Positions 52,705 to 62,769 of a stretch of DNA of 64,000 bases are shown in pieces; the stretch's first letter is position 1, and each line of letters starts with the position of its first letter. A program made the position numbers and the translations under genes. The stretch is from Chromatiales bacterium (GTDB lineage: Bacteria > Pseudomonadota > Gammaproteobacteria > SpSt-1174), in contig JABURS010000018.1 of the NCBI GenBank assembly GCA_014762505.1, positions 3,889-67,888 on the forward strand, in the 5' to 3' direction. The notes beneath the pieces are model-generated. The model searched no databases, was not told where the DNA came from, and saw only the letters and a list, made by a program, of their open reading frames with translations.

Positions 52705-53262
52705 TTAGTCTTCTTTTACGGCCCAGATACCCGCGGCATTGCGCAGGTATTCCTTGTAATCCATGCCGCTGCCGAACAGGTAGCGGTCTTCCACCTCGAC
52801 CCCGATGTAGTCCGCACTGGCATCCGGATGCTTGCGGTCGTGCAGCTTGTCCACCAGCACGGCGGTACGCACCGACGCGGCACCATGGCCACGACAGTAG
52901 GCCTGGATGGCGGCCAGGGTATGGCCCTCGTCGAGGATGTCATCGACCAGCAGCACGTTGCGACCATCGATGCTGCGATGCGGCTCCACGAGCCAGTGCA
53001 CTTCGGCACCACCGCTGGTCGCGCCACGGTAGCGTGTGGCGTGCAGGTAATCCAGATGCAGGGGGAAATCGAGGCGGGTCAAAAGCTGACCGGCGGCCAC
53101 CAGGCCGCCGGTCATGATGCAGATCACCAGCGGATTGGCATCCGCCAGGTCTCCGGTAATCGCCTTCGCCATCCGGTCCAGGGCCTGATCGATCTCGGCC
53201 CCGGTGACCAGACAGTCGGCCTCGGCGTAAACGCGTGCGGCCTCTTCGGGCGTTACCGGCAT
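52705..53262 (-). CDS. hpt: Hypoxanthine-guanine phosphoribosyltransferase
   Basis: PRPP-binding VLLVDDILDEGHTL motif; start MPVTPEE at 53260-53262. Confidence 0.9.
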   Translation of the reverse strand: MPVTPEEAARVYAEADCLVTGAEIDQALDRMAKAITGDLADANPLVICIMTGGLVAAGQLLTRLDFPLHLDYLHATRYRGATSGGAEVHWLVEPHRSIDGRNVLLVDDILDEGHTLAAIQAYCRGHGAASVRTAVLVDKLHDRKHPDASADYIGVEVEDRYLFGSGMDYKEYLRNAAGIWAVKED

Positions 53263-53302
53263 CGTGTCGTGGGTTCCCTTGCGAGAATCGACGCTGCGAT
53301 GC

Positions 53303-53671
53303 TTAGTAGGTGAAGGTGACGGTGTCGTCGTCCATCGCCTCGCTGATGACGTAGGCGCCACCAACGGTTTCTTCGATTTCGGGGATCAGGTCGTCGCCCC
53401 ACAGATCCAGGGTCGGGGTGCAGACCTTGAAGGTCACGCCCGCTTCGACGGCGTCCTTCATGAAGTCGTAGACCGACTTGTCGGAACCTTCCTGAACGAA
53501 CAGTTTTTCGGCAACGCCCTTCTTGGCCAGCTCGCCAGCGCGGCCGGTCATGATGACTTCCACTTCATATTCCATGGCGGCAGCCACGGTGGCCTGGAAG
53601 AACGGGGCGCCCAGTTCGGAGCCGTTGGACGGGTCGGTGTTGACCATCACGATCATCAGCTTGTCAGCCAT
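53303..53671 (-). CDS. DsrE/DsrF-like (YchN-like) family protein
   Basis: 122 aa, MIVMVNTDP...EVIMTGRAG pattern resembles PF02635; assignment from memory. Confidence 0.55.
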   Translation of the reverse strand: MADKLMIVMVNTDPSNGSELGAPFFQATVAAAMEYEVEVIMTGRAGELAKKGVAEKLFVQEGSDKSVYDFMKDAVEAGVTFKVCTPTLDLWGDDLIPEIEETVGGAYVISEAMDDDTVTFTY

Positions 53672-53843
53672 AGGATTCTCTCCCGAGTCAGTCGTGCTTC
53701 AGTGTAAAAGTGGCGAATTATAGGACTGCCGTCTTCACAAATCCAGCACTACCTAATTTACTGATATTCCCCTTTCCCGCACTGTCGCCGCAGGGCGCAC
53801 CAAGCCGCGCCCGCAGCGAATACCCCAGTCAGATCACGGGCTT

Positions 53844-54974
53844 TCAGCCGGGACGGGAGGTCTCCGGTGCGCCCTCCCCGCCGGCGAGTTTCAGGCCGTC
53901 GGGTACGTGCAGGGTGCGCGTTGGGAAGGCGATCTCGGCGCCATGGGCGGCGATGATGTCGGCGATGCGCAAGAGCACGTCGTGCTTGATCTCGTGGTAC
54001 CTGATCCACTGCGTGGTGCGCGTGAAGGTATAGACGAAGAAGTCCACCGACGAGGCATTGAAGGCGTTGAAATTGACGATCATCGTCTGGTCCTGGGCGA
54101 TCTCTTCGTGCGCCATGAGCATGGCCTTCACGTCGCGCACGATGGCGTCCATCACGCCGATATCATCATAGCGTATGCCGATCGTCTCGTGGATGCGCCG
54201 GTGCGTCATGCGCGAGGGGTTCTCCACCGCGATGCTGGTGAAGATCGCGTTGGGTACGTACAGCGGGCGCTTGTCGAAACGGCGGATGCGCGTCAGGCGC
54301 CAGCCGATGTCCTCCACCGTGCCCTCGATGTCCTTGTCGGGCGAACGGATCCAGTCGCCCACCACGAAGGGACGGTCGAGATAGACCATCAACCCGCCGA
54401 AGAAGTTGGCGAGCAGGTCGCGGGCGGCGAAGCCTACCGCGATGCCGCCGATACCGCCGAAGGCCAGCACGCCGGAGATGCTGAAGCCCAGGGTCTGCAG
54501 CCCCACCAGAACGCCGGTGATGATCACCGACAGGCGCAGCAGCTTGGCGACGGCCTTCACCGTGGTGTCGTCGATCTCCTTGCCCAGCCGGGTGCGCCGC
54601 TCGATGACGGATGCCTCGGTCTCGCCCACCAGGCGCACCAGGAACCAGGTGATGAGCACGATCACCAGGGCATCCCGGATCGGGCCCACCGCCTCGAACA
54701 GCGGGGCCTGCGTCTCCTGGTGCACGATTTCCGCCGCGAAGGCGATGCCCACCACCCAGATGAGCAGGTTCAGCGGCAGCTTCACCGCACGGATCATGGC
54801 CTCGTCCCAGACTGGCCTGGTGTGCTCGGCCCGGCGCTGCAGACGCGCCAGCACCCAGGCGCTGACGAAGTTGATCACGACGACGGTCAGGACCACGACG
54901 AACACCTGGGTCATCCAGCCCCCCAGGTCGTGGGTCTCGATCAGGGTCTTGAGCCAGTTGCTGATATCGGACAT
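53844..54974 (-). CDS. mscS: Small-conductance mechanosensitive channel (MscS family)
   Basis: TM3 pore helix GVLAFGGIGGIAVGFAARDLLANFFGGLMV and beta-domain VGDWI. Confidence 0.9.
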   Translation of the reverse strand: MSDISNWLKTLIETHDLGGWMTQVFVVVLTVVVINFVSAWVLARLQRRAEHTRPVWDEAMIRAVKLPLNLLIWVVGIAFAAEIVHQETQAPLFEAVGPIRDALVIVLITWFLVRLVGETEASVIERRTRLGKEIDDTTVKAVAKLLRLSVIITGVLVGLQTLGFSISGVLAFGGIGGIAVGFAARDLLANFFGGLMVYLDRPFVVGDWIRSPDKDIEGTVEDIGWRLTRIRRFDKRPLYVPNAIFTSIAVENPSRMTHRRIHETIGIRYDDIGVMDAIVRDVKAMLMAHEEIAQDQTMIVNFNAFNASSVDFFVYTFTRTTQWIRYHEIKHDVLLRIADIIAAHGAEIAFPTRTLHVPDGLKLAGGEGAPETSRPG

Positions 54975-55001
54975 GGGCAGATCGATGCGTTGAGGTGGGT
55001 G

Positions 55002-56054
55002 TCAGACGTCCATTTCGAGATAGGGCGATTCGTCGTAGGCGGTCACGGCCCGGGCGGCCTGCTGCCAGCGCGGCGAGTCATGCAGTCCGCCCCAGGACTG
55101 CGGGCGACGTCCGTGCATCCGCGCCAGGCGCACCTGCGAGACCGGATCGTCGAAGCCTTCCAGGCTCTCCAGCACCTCGCGGGCGCCCTCCGGATGGTTG
55201 CACACCAGCACCATGTCGCAGCCGGCGTCCAACGCCTTGCGGGCGCGTTGGGAGAAGCTGCCGGCGACGTGGGCCGCCGCCATGCTGAGGTCGTCGCTGA
55301 AGATCACGCCCTGGAAGCCCAGCTCGTGGCGCAGCACGCCCTTGAGCCAGAAGGCCGAGAAGCCGGCCGGCTCCGGGTCGGCCTGGCTGTAGATGACGTG
55401 GGCCGGCATGATCGCCGCCAGGCCGTAGTGGATCATGCGCTCGAAGGGCACGAGGTCGGCCTGACGGATGTCCGCCAGCGGCCGGCGATCCACCGGCAGG
55501 GCTTGGTGGGAGTCCTCCTTCACCCCGCCGTGGCCGGGGAAGTGCTTGCCGGTGGCGGCCATGCCCGCCTCGTTCATGCCCTGCATGTAGTGATGGGCCA
55601 GGTCGGCCAGGATCTCGGGGTCGGCGTGGAAGGCGCGGTCGCCGATCACGCCGCTGAGCCCATGGGCCACGTCCAGTACCGGCGCGAAGCTGAAGTCGAT
55701 GCCCACGGCGCGCAGCTCGGCCGCCATCAGCCAGCCGCTCTCCTTCGCCAGCGCGCGGGCCTGCGCGCGGTCCTTGCGGTAGATCCCGCCCAGCCGGCTC
55801 ACCGGCGGCAGTCGCGTGAAACCCTCGCGAAAGCGCTGTACCCGTCCGCCCTCGTGGTCCACCGCCACCAGCAGGTGCGGATCGCGCAGGGCGTGGATCT
55901 CGCGCACCAGCTCGGTGAGCTGGGCGATGGAGGCGAAGTTGCGGGTAAAGAGGATGACCCCGCCGGTCTGGGGGTGCAGGAGCAGTTCGCGTTCTTCAGG
56001 CGTGATCTCGGTGCCAACGAGATCCAGCATCACGGGGCCCAGGGCCATGGCCAT
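55002..56054 (-). CDS. nagZ: Beta-N-acetylhexosaminidase
   Basis: GH3 family; VAVDHEGGRVQRF, KHFPGHG motifs; 350 aa. Confidence 0.93.
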   Translation of the reverse strand: MAMALGPVMLDLVGTEITPEERELLLHPQTGGVILFTRNFASIAQLTELVREIHALRDPHLLVAVDHEGGRVQRFREGFTRLPPVSRLGGIYRKDRAQARALAKESGWLMAAELRAVGIDFSFAPVLDVAHGLSGVIGDRAFHADPEILADLAHHYMQGMNEAGMAATGKHFPGHGGVKEDSHQALPVDRRPLADIRQADLVPFERMIHYGLAAIMPAHVIYSQADPEPAGFSAFWLKGVLRHELGFQGVIFSDDLSMAAAHVAGSFSQRARKALDAGCDMVLVCNHPEGAREVLESLEGFDDPVSQVRLARMHGRRPQSWGGLHDSPRWQQAARAVTAYDESPYLEMDV

Positions 56055-56363
56055 CCTCTATCGGTTGGTGGAAAGGCCCCGATTGTATCGAAACCGGCGG
56101 CGCCTGCCGAATCCGCCCGTGCCAAAAAGGCGGGCACAAAAAAAGCGGGCGCCAGAGGCGCCCGAGAGAAAGGAGGAGTGAAGAAATGACGAACGAACAA
56201 TCGGAAGACCCGTGAAGACCTTCCGCCAGGAATAATGCAGATCGCGTGCCAAATCGGGAAAAGGGGCGAAAACAACGATCTCCGGTGCTGGCAGCGTGGC
56301 ACCGGCCCGCCTTGCTGCACCAGTCCGACCCCGGTCAGCGGGGGGCTGCACCGTAACGGTTCG

Positions 56364-56876
56364 CTAGCCCCGCTCGTCCGGGCCGATCGGCGCGAGGTCA
56401 TTCAGCCCCGGGCCGACCAGCCGGTAGGCCTGGCCGAAGCCGATGACGAAACGCCCCTCCACGGGCGTGAGTCGCAGCAGGCGGAAGTCGCCAAGCCCGG
56501 ACAGCAGGCCCATGATCTCGCCGAAGCGCCCGGCGAAGCGGGCCAGGATGGCACCGGCCCCCTCCGTGCCACGTGTCACTTCCGTCACCTGGCAGCGGAA
56601 GCTGGCCCGGCGGCGGGCGAATATCTGACGGGTGTCGGCCTCGGACTCGATGAACAGCACCGAGGCCTCGCCGCGCGCGAGCAGGTTGCCGGTGTGCTCG
56701 GCCAGTTCGCTGACGAAGATGCAAAAGCCCCCCTGCGGGTCCCGCACGTAGGGGGCGTAGCTCGCCAGCGGACTGCCCTGCCCGTCCGCCGTGGCGAGGA
56801 TCAGGCTCTGGAAGCCATCGATGAAGCCGGTGTAGGCCTCGCGGGCCCGTTCGAGCGATTCGCGGGGATCGGACAT
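56364..56876 (-). CDS. Pyridoxamine 5'-phosphate oxidase-related FMN-binding protein (HugZ/HutZ-like split-barrel)
   Basis: 170 aa; split-barrel pattern; weak family-level call. Confidence 0.55.
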   Translation of the reverse strand: MSDPRESLERAREAYTGFIDGFQSLILATADGQGSPLASYAPYVRDPQGGFCIFVSELAEHTGNLLARGEASVLFIESEADTRQIFARRRASFRCQVTEVTRGTEGAGAILARFAGRFGEIMGLLSGLGDFRLLRLTPVEGRFVIGFGQAYRLVGPGLNDLAPIGPDERG

Positions 56877-56893
56877 GTCGGTTGCGTCGTCGG

Positions 56894-59254
56894 ATGGATG
56901 ACAGGTTCGGCTACAATAGCCGACCGCCCGCCAACCTTCATCACCGATTCGTGCCAGACCACGCCCCCATCGATGCCTTTCTCCTCACCCGCCAGTGGCG
57001 CGACGGCCCGGGTGGCATCGAGCTGGTGTTCTGGGCCTGGAGCGACGAGGGGCCGCTGCGTATCGTGATCACCGGCCAGGAGGCGGTGTGCTTCATCGCG
57101 CGTGAGCAGGCCACCGCGCATCTGCCCCCGGGCGCACGCCGACGGCCCGTCGAGCTGACCGCGCTCGCAGGCGGGCCGGTCGATGCGCTTTATTTCCGCC
57201 AGCAGCGCGATCTCGCCGGCTTCCGCGAGACGGCCCGGGCCCAGGGCATCCCCCTGCTCGAGGCCGACGTCAAGCCGGCGGACCGCTTCCTGATGGAGCG
57301 CTTCATCCAGGGCGGCCTGCGCCTGCGGGGCGAATCCCGTCCGCGCCCGGGCTATCGCGAGTACCTGAACCCCATCCTGCAGGCCGCCGAGGTCGCCCCC
57401 CGTCTCACCCTGCTCTCGTTGGACATCGAGTCCGCGGGCCTCGATGGCGAGATCTGGTCGGTGGCGCTGAGCGACGGCGTGCAAGACCAGGTGTACGTCG
57501 TCGGCAAGGCCCCGCCCGGGACCCCGGGGCACGTATGCTTCGTGCCGGACGAACCGGCCCTGCTGCGCGCCTGCATGGACCACATCCGCACGCTGGATCC
57601 CGACCTGCTCATCGGCTGGAACCTCGTCAACTTCGACCTCGACCTGCTGGCGCGACGCTGCCGCCACCACCGACTGCCGTTTTGCCTGGGCCGCGACGAC
57701 GAACCCGCCCAGGTGCTGCCGCCGCTGAATGACGGGCAATCGCGCACGGCACGCATCAGCGGGCGCGTGGCACTGGATGGCATCGACTGCCTGAAGATGG
57801 CGACCTGGTCCTTCGAGAGCTTCGAGCTCGAGACCGTGGCCCGGCAGCTGCTCGGCCGCGGCAAGCTGGTGGAGGACGAGGACCGGCTGGCCGCCATACA
57901 CCGTCTCTACCGCGAGCACCCGCTGGCGCTGGCCGAGTACAACCTGGAGGACGCCCGGCTGGTCATCGACATCTTCGCGCAGGCCGACCTCATAGCCTTC
58001 CTGGTGCAGCGCACGCGCATGACCGGCCTGGCCCTGGACCGCCCGGGCGGCTCGGTGGCCGCCTTCGATCACCTCTACCTGCCGCGCCTGCACCGCGCCG
58101 GTTTCGTCGCCCCGGACGTGGGCGCGCACCCCAACCCGGTGCACAGCCCGGGTGGCTTCGTCATGGATTCCGCACCCGGTCTCTACGACAACGTGCTGGT
58201 GCTGGACTTCAAGAGCCTGTACCCGAGCATCATCCGCAGCTTTCGCATCGATCCGCTGGGCCTGGCCCTGGGCGACGCGGACGGCGTGCCGGGATTCCTC
58301 GGCGCCCGCTTCGCCCGCGAGGGCGCCATCCTGCCGCAGCTGATCGAGCAGCTCTGGGCCGAGCGCGACCGGGCGCGGCGCGCGGGCAATGCCGCCCTCT
58401 CCCAGGCCATCAAGATCCTCATGAACTCCTTCTACGGCGTGCTCGGTTCCTTCGGCTGCCGCTTCTTCGACCCGCGCCTGGCCAGCAGCATCACGCGCCG
58501 CGGCCACCAGGTGATCAACGAGAGCCGCGGCTTCATCGAGGAACAGGGCCTGCAGGTGATCTACGGCGACACCGACTCGCTGTTCGTGCTGCTCGGCCCG
58601 GACATCGCGGAGACGGCGGCACGCGCCACCGGCGAGCGGCTCGCAGACGATCTCAACCACTGGTGGCGGGAGCGGCTGGCCCGCGAGTTCGACCTGGAAT
58701 CGCGCCTGGAGATCGAGTTCGAGACCCACTACCTGCGCTTTCTCATGCCCACCACCCGCGGCACGGACAAGGGCAGCAAGAAGCGCTATGCCGGCACGGT
58801 GCGCGAGGGGGATGGCGTGCGTCTCGTCTTCAAGGGACTGGAGAGCGTGCGCACCGACTGGACGCCGCTGGCGCGCGCCTTCCAGCAGGAGCTCTACCGG
58901 CGCATCTTCCAGGACGAACCCTACGAGGCCTTTGTTCGCGAGACGGTGGCGCGGCTCCACGCCGGCGAACTCGATGACCAGCTCGTCTACCGCAAGCGCC
59001 TGCGCCGGCGCCTGGAAGACTACCAGCGCAACGTGCCGCCCCACGTGCAGGCGGCCCGCAAGCTGGCCACCCCCGGCCGGACCATCGCCTACCTCATCAC
59101 CCAGGCCGGCCCCGAACCGCTGGCCAGCCGCCACGCCCCCATCGACTACCGGCATTACGAGGAACGCCAGCTCAGGCCGGTGGCCGATGGCATCCTCTAC
59201 TTCCTGGGCACGCGCTTCGACGAGATCGTGCAGCGCCAGATCAGCCTGCTCTGA
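56894..59254 (+). CDS. polB: DNA polymerase II (family B)
   Basis: N-terminal FLLTRQWRD...ELVFWAWSDEGPL like E. coli Pol II; exonuclease and polymerase motifs (YGDTDS). Confidence 0.95.
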   Translation: MDDRFGYNSRPPANLHHRFVPDHAPIDAFLLTRQWRDGPGGIELVFWAWSDEGPLRIVITGQEAVCFIAREQATAHLPPGARRRPVELTALAGGPVDALYFRQQRDLAGFRETARAQGIPLLEADVKPADRFLMERFIQGGLRLRGESRPRPGYREYLNPILQAAEVAPRLTLLSLDIESAGLDGEIWSVALSDGVQDQVYVVGKAPPGTPGHVCFVPDEPALLRACMDHIRTLDPDLLIGWNLVNFDLDLLARRCRHHRLPFCLGRDDEPAQVLPPLNDGQSRTARISGRVALDGIDCLKMATWSFESFELETVARQLLGRGKLVEDEDRLAAIHRLYREHPLALAEYNLEDARLVIDIFAQADLIAFLVQRTRMTGLALDRPGGSVAAFDHLYLPRLHRAGFVAPDVGAHPNPVHSPGGFVMDSAPGLYDNVLVLDFKSLYPSIIRSFRIDPLGLALGDADGVPGFLGARFAREGAILPQLIEQLWAERDRARRAGNAALSQAIKILMNSFYGVLGSFGCRFFDPRLASSITRRGHQVINESRGFIEEQGLQVIYGDTDSLFVLLGPDIAETAARATGERLADDLNHWWRERLAREFDLESRLEIEFETHYLRFLMPTTRGTDKGSKKRYAGTVREGDGVRLVFKGLESVRTDWTPLARAFQQELYRRIFQDEPYEAFVRETVARLHAGELDDQLVYRKRLRRRLEDYQRNVPPHVQAARKLATPGRTIAYLITQAGPEPLASRHAPIDYRHYEERQLRPVADGILYFLGTRFDEIVQRQISLL

Positions 59255-59257
59255 GGG

Positions 59258-61003
59258 CTATTCGCCGGTCGCCGCCCCAAGGATCAGGATGCGCACCTCG
59301 TCGCCGGGATAGATGAGGTCCGGGTTGCGGATATCGCTCAGGCGCGCGAGCTCGGGATAGCGATAGGGATCATCCAGATAACGTGCGGCGATGGCCCACA
59401 GGGTGTCGCCGCGGCGGACCACGTGCAGGATCTCGCGCCGGATCACCCGCCCCTGGTGCAGACGCGGCGCCTCCTCGGCAGTCATCTCGCCACCTGCGGC
59501 CACCGCCTCCCCGTCGATCGGGGCCTCGGGTGTCGCCTGGCTTGCCGGATCCTCCCCGTCCGGTGCGGTCGGCCCCGCCGCCCGTTCCGCTGTCTCCCGC
59601 TCCGGCAGGAATGCCCCGGCATCCACCTGCGTATCCTGCGCCAGGACCGTCGACGACTCGGGCCCGACATCGCCCGGCGGCACGGCCGATGACCCTGACG
59701 GGACCTCGTCCAGGATCAGCGTGACGCGTCGGCCCTCGCGCTGCAGGGTGGGCAGCGCGCCGGGCTGCGCCTCGCCCGCGGGGGGCAGTGGTTCGGATGC
59801 CGGCCCGGGCTCGACGGTCACCGTCGCGACGGGCGCGGGCACGGGCGGCGGTGAGTCTGCGGGCGCCACCTCGGGCGCCATCGCTGGCGCCGGTGGTGAC
59901 GGCGACGGTTCTGCCGTGGCAGAGGCCGGGGCGCGTCCTTCGCCGCCACCCAGCAGCAGCCAGGCACCCAGCCCGAGCAGGAGACACAGGCCGGCGACCA
60001 GGAGCAGGCCGCCCCAGGCCCCGCCGTCCGATGCCGGCATGGCCATGCCGGCCGGCGGGTCCGTGGCCATCGACCGCGGACTGTCCCCGACCGGCGAGCG
60101 ATGCGACACCTCCCCTGCCCTGGCGCCCGCCACACTGCGATCCGTGGTACACCCCCTGGCGGTGCCTGTGGCCGGTGCGGGGGGCGGTCGCACTGCCTCC
60201 TGCCGGGATGGAGGGCCGGCCCGTGTCGCTGCCGCAGGGGCCTTTGGCAGGCCCGGTTTGCGCGGTGTAGCATCTGCGTCCTGCTGCACGGGCGGCCGGG
60301 GAGCGGCGGGCGGAGCAGGCGTCTGCACCGTGGTCGCTGGCTGGACCGGAGCTGGCGTGGGCGTCTGCCCGCGGCCGGCGGGAGACGACAGGGTCGGCCC
60401 GTGGTCGCTCCCTGCCGGCGCGGGACGCTCGGCCCCGGGCGGCGTCCCCGGCGCCGCGTCGGGACCGGGTGATGTCGCGACAGGACGCGGCTCGTTCGGG
60501 GCGGTCGTCGACGCCGGCAACAGGCCCGCCGCCTGCAGCCAGCCGGCGGCGGGCAGCTCGCGGAGCCGGGCAAGGTCGGCATAGAGATGGATCCGGCCCT
60601 CGCGGGTGAAGGTGCCGGGAAAGACCTGGCGGGGGACGTAGCGCGGCGTGGGGCCGAAGCGGCCGTCGCTGCGGGAAACGACGTTGTCCACACGATCGAC
60701 CCGGTAGCCGACCGGGCCCGCCGGGGTCTCGACGACCAGGATGCGCTGGCCGGCGCCTGTGGCGGGTTCCAGGCCGAAGCGCTGACGCAGGTCGACCACC
60801 GTGACCAGCCGCCCGCCATGGCGCAGTACGCCGGCACTGTCACGCTCGCCCGGCAGGTGCGAGAGCCGCCCCGCGGCCAGCACGGCATCCACCGGCCCGC
60901 TGTCGGCCGCGCAATGCACGGGTCCGACGGCGAACAGGATCAGGTCGGTCTGGGCGACATTCGTGGTCAAGCGCGACATCCCTTCGGCGGGTAACAGCTG
61001 CAA
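59258..61003 (-). CDS. Membrane protein with N-terminal CheW-like domain, Pro/Ala-rich linkers, one TM helix and C-terminal LysM domain
   Basis: N-term LILFAVGPVHCAADSGPVDAVL...GVLRHGGRLVTVVDLRQRFG (CheW-like); TM LLLVAGLCLLLGLGAWLLLGG; C-term HVVRRGDTLWAIAARYLDDPYRYPELARLSDIRNPDLIYPGDEVRIL (LysM). Confidence 0.7.
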   Translation of the reverse strand: MQLLPAEGMSRLTTNVAQTDLILFAVGPVHCAADSGPVDAVLAAGRLSHLPGERDSAGVLRHGGRLVTVVDLRQRFGLEPATGAGQRILVVETPAGPVGYRVDRVDNVVSRSDGRFGPTPRYVPRQVFPGTFTREGRIHLYADLARLRELPAAGWLQAAGLLPASTTAPNEPRPVATSPGPDAAPGTPPGAERPAPAGSDHGPTLSSPAGRGQTPTPAPVQPATTVQTPAPPAAPRPPVQQDADATPRKPGLPKAPAAATRAGPPSRQEAVRPPPAPATGTARGCTTDRSVAGARAGEVSHRSPVGDSPRSMATDPPAGMAMPASDGGAWGGLLLVAGLCLLLGLGAWLLLGGGEGRAPASATAEPSPSPPAPAMAPEVAPADSPPPVPAPVATVTVEPGPASEPLPPAGEAQPGALPTLQREGRRVTLILDEVPSGSSAVPPGDVGPESSTVLAQDTQVDAGAFLPERETAERAAGPTAPDGEDPASQATPEAPIDGEAVAAGGEMTAEEAPRLHQGRVIRREILHVVRRGDTLWAIAARYLDDPYRYPELARLSDIRNPDLIYPGDEVRILILGAATGE

Positions 61004-61148
61004 GCCTTTTATCGGCCGCGCGTCACAAATGTTGAAGTGCTGCCGGCGCCGCCCGGGACAGACGAGGCTATCTTGATATGGATCAACGCGTTACCCTGAG
61101 CGCATGCCATGCTATCGACACCGCAAACCCTGACTGGCTGGATACACC

Positions 61149-62180
61149 ATGTCCTATCGAATCCTGCTCGCCTGCCTGCTCCTGCTCGCCGCCGGCACGG
61201 TACAGGCCGAACCGCGCGGCAGTGAGCTCTACGCCCAGCACTGCAGCAGCTGCCATGGCGATGCCGGCATGGGCGGCGTGGGCGTCCCCATCGCCCTGCC
61301 CTCGTTTCTCGGCGGCGTGACCGACGACTACCTCTTCAAGACCATCCAGCTCGGCCGGCCCGGGCGCGTGATGCCCGCCTTCCACCAGCTCTCGGCGGAC
61401 GAGATCCACGCCATCGTGGCTCACATCCGCGAGCTCGGCGGCGTGCCGGAACCTGGGCTGCCCGAGGTGGCCGTGGACGGCGACCCCTTGCGCGGGCAGG
61501 CGCTGTACGCCCAGCATTGTGCCCAGTGCCACGGCGCCAATGGCGAGGGCGGTCGCGGCACCGGCGTCACCTTCTCCCGGCCGCGCGACCTGCCCATCAT
61601 CGCCCCCGCGCTCAACAACAGCGGCTTTCAGCAGGCCGCGAGCGACGCGATGATCCGCCATACCCTGATCCACGGCCGTGCCGGCACCCCCATGATCTCC
61701 TTCATCGAGGCCGGCCTGAGCGAGCAGGACATCGACGACATCATCACTCACCTGCGCGGGCTCACGCCCGAACCCCCCATCGAGGATTCGGAGGCGGCCA
61801 TCATGGTCGTCGACTCGCCCTATGACCTCGACAGCACGGTGGAGAACCTGCGACAGGCGGTGATCTCGAAGAACTTCCGCATCATCCGCGAGCAGACCCT
61901 CGAGGACGGCCTGCGCCCAGAGGGACAGGATTCGAAGAAGGAGGTGATCCTCTACTTCTGCAACTTCAACTTCCTCAACGAGGCCCTGACGATCGATCCG
62001 CGCGTGGGGCTGTTCCTGCCCTGTCGCATCACCGCCGTGGAGGATGCCGACGGTGGCGTGCAGCTCATGGCCATCAACCCGCTGCGCCTGAGCGACCTCT
62101 TCAACAACCGCGAACTCGATGCCGCCTGCGAGGAAATGCACACCATCTATCGCGACCTGCTCGAGGAGGCAACGCTATGA
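61149..62180 (+). CDS. Diheme c-type cytochrome fused to a C-terminal DUF302 domain (signal peptide)
   Basis: Two CxxCH (CSSCH, CAQCH) in tandem class-I cytochrome c domains; C-terminal 130 aa with DUF302-like pattern (FCNFNFLNEALTIDPRVGLFLPCRITA). Confidence 0.75.
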   Translation: MSYRILLACLLLLAAGTVQAEPRGSELYAQHCSSCHGDAGMGGVGVPIALPSFLGGVTDDYLFKTIQLGRPGRVMPAFHQLSADEIHAIVAHIRELGGVPEPGLPEVAVDGDPLRGQALYAQHCAQCHGANGEGGRGTGVTFSRPRDLPIIAPALNNSGFQQAASDAMIRHTLIHGRAGTPMISFIEAGLSEQDIDDIITHLRGLTPEPPIEDSEAAIMVVDSPYDLDSTVENLRQAVISKNFRIIREQTLEDGLRPEGQDSKKEVILYFCNFNFLNEALTIDPRVGLFLPCRITAVEDADGGVQLMAINPLRLSDLFNNRELDAACEEMHTIYRDLLEEATL

Positions 62181-62620
62181 CGCGCCACCTGCAAGCCGCC
62201 CTGCTGCTGCTCGCCTGCCTGGCCGCTCCGGCCCTGGCCGAGGACCTGCTGATGACCCGCTCGTCACAGGCCTTCCCGGAGACCATGCTGGCCCTGCAGC
62301 AGGCCATCGCCGATCAGGGCTATACCCTCTCGCGCGTGCAGCGCGTGGATATCGGACTCACCGCCATGGGCTACGAGACCGACAAGTACCGCGTGGTCTT
62401 CTTCGGCAAGCCCGAGGAGATTCGCTGGCTTACCGAGACCCATCCCGAGACCATCCCCTACCTGCCGCCGAAGATCGCCATCTTCGCCGAGGACGGCGAT
62501 ACCCTCCTGGTCGCCATCAACCCCGCGCACTTCACGCAGTTCTTCGACGACCCAGAGCTGAAAGACGTGTTTCTGCGCTGGGAGCGCGATTTCCGCGCCA
62601 TCCTCAACGCCGTCGACTAG
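62177..62620 (+). CDS. Secreted DUF302-domain protein (paralog of the upstream fusion's C-terminus)
   Basis: Signal peptide MTRHLQAALLLLACLAAPALA; 4-nt overlap (ATGA) with upstream gene; same domain pattern (VVFFGKPEEIRWLTETHPETIPYLPPKIAIF). Confidence 0.7.
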   Translation: MTRHLQAALLLLACLAAPALAEDLLMTRSSQAFPETMLALQQAIADQGYTLSRVQRVDIGLTAMGYETDKYRVVFFGKPEEIRWLTETHPETIPYLPPKIAIFAEDGDTLLVAINPAHFTQFFDDPELKDVFLRWERDFRAILNAVD

Positions 62621-62769
62621 GCGGGGCACCATCCCGTAGCCGTGGCCTTGCGGCCCGTCATTCCTGACGGGCGATGGCGTGTCGGCAGAAACGGGAATTC
62701 ATCAGTGCCTGTGCTCTGCTGGACTGGACCGGATCGGTGCGGGAGTCGTCATCGCGGCGGCGAGGGAGA

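Noticed and set aside
56186-56215. 9-codon ORF MTNEQSEDP with a perfect AGGAGG SD in the nagZ upstream region
   Set aside because: No downstream gene on that strand, so it is probably coincidental. It could still be a leader peptide or an anti-SD element for nagZ, but there is no support.
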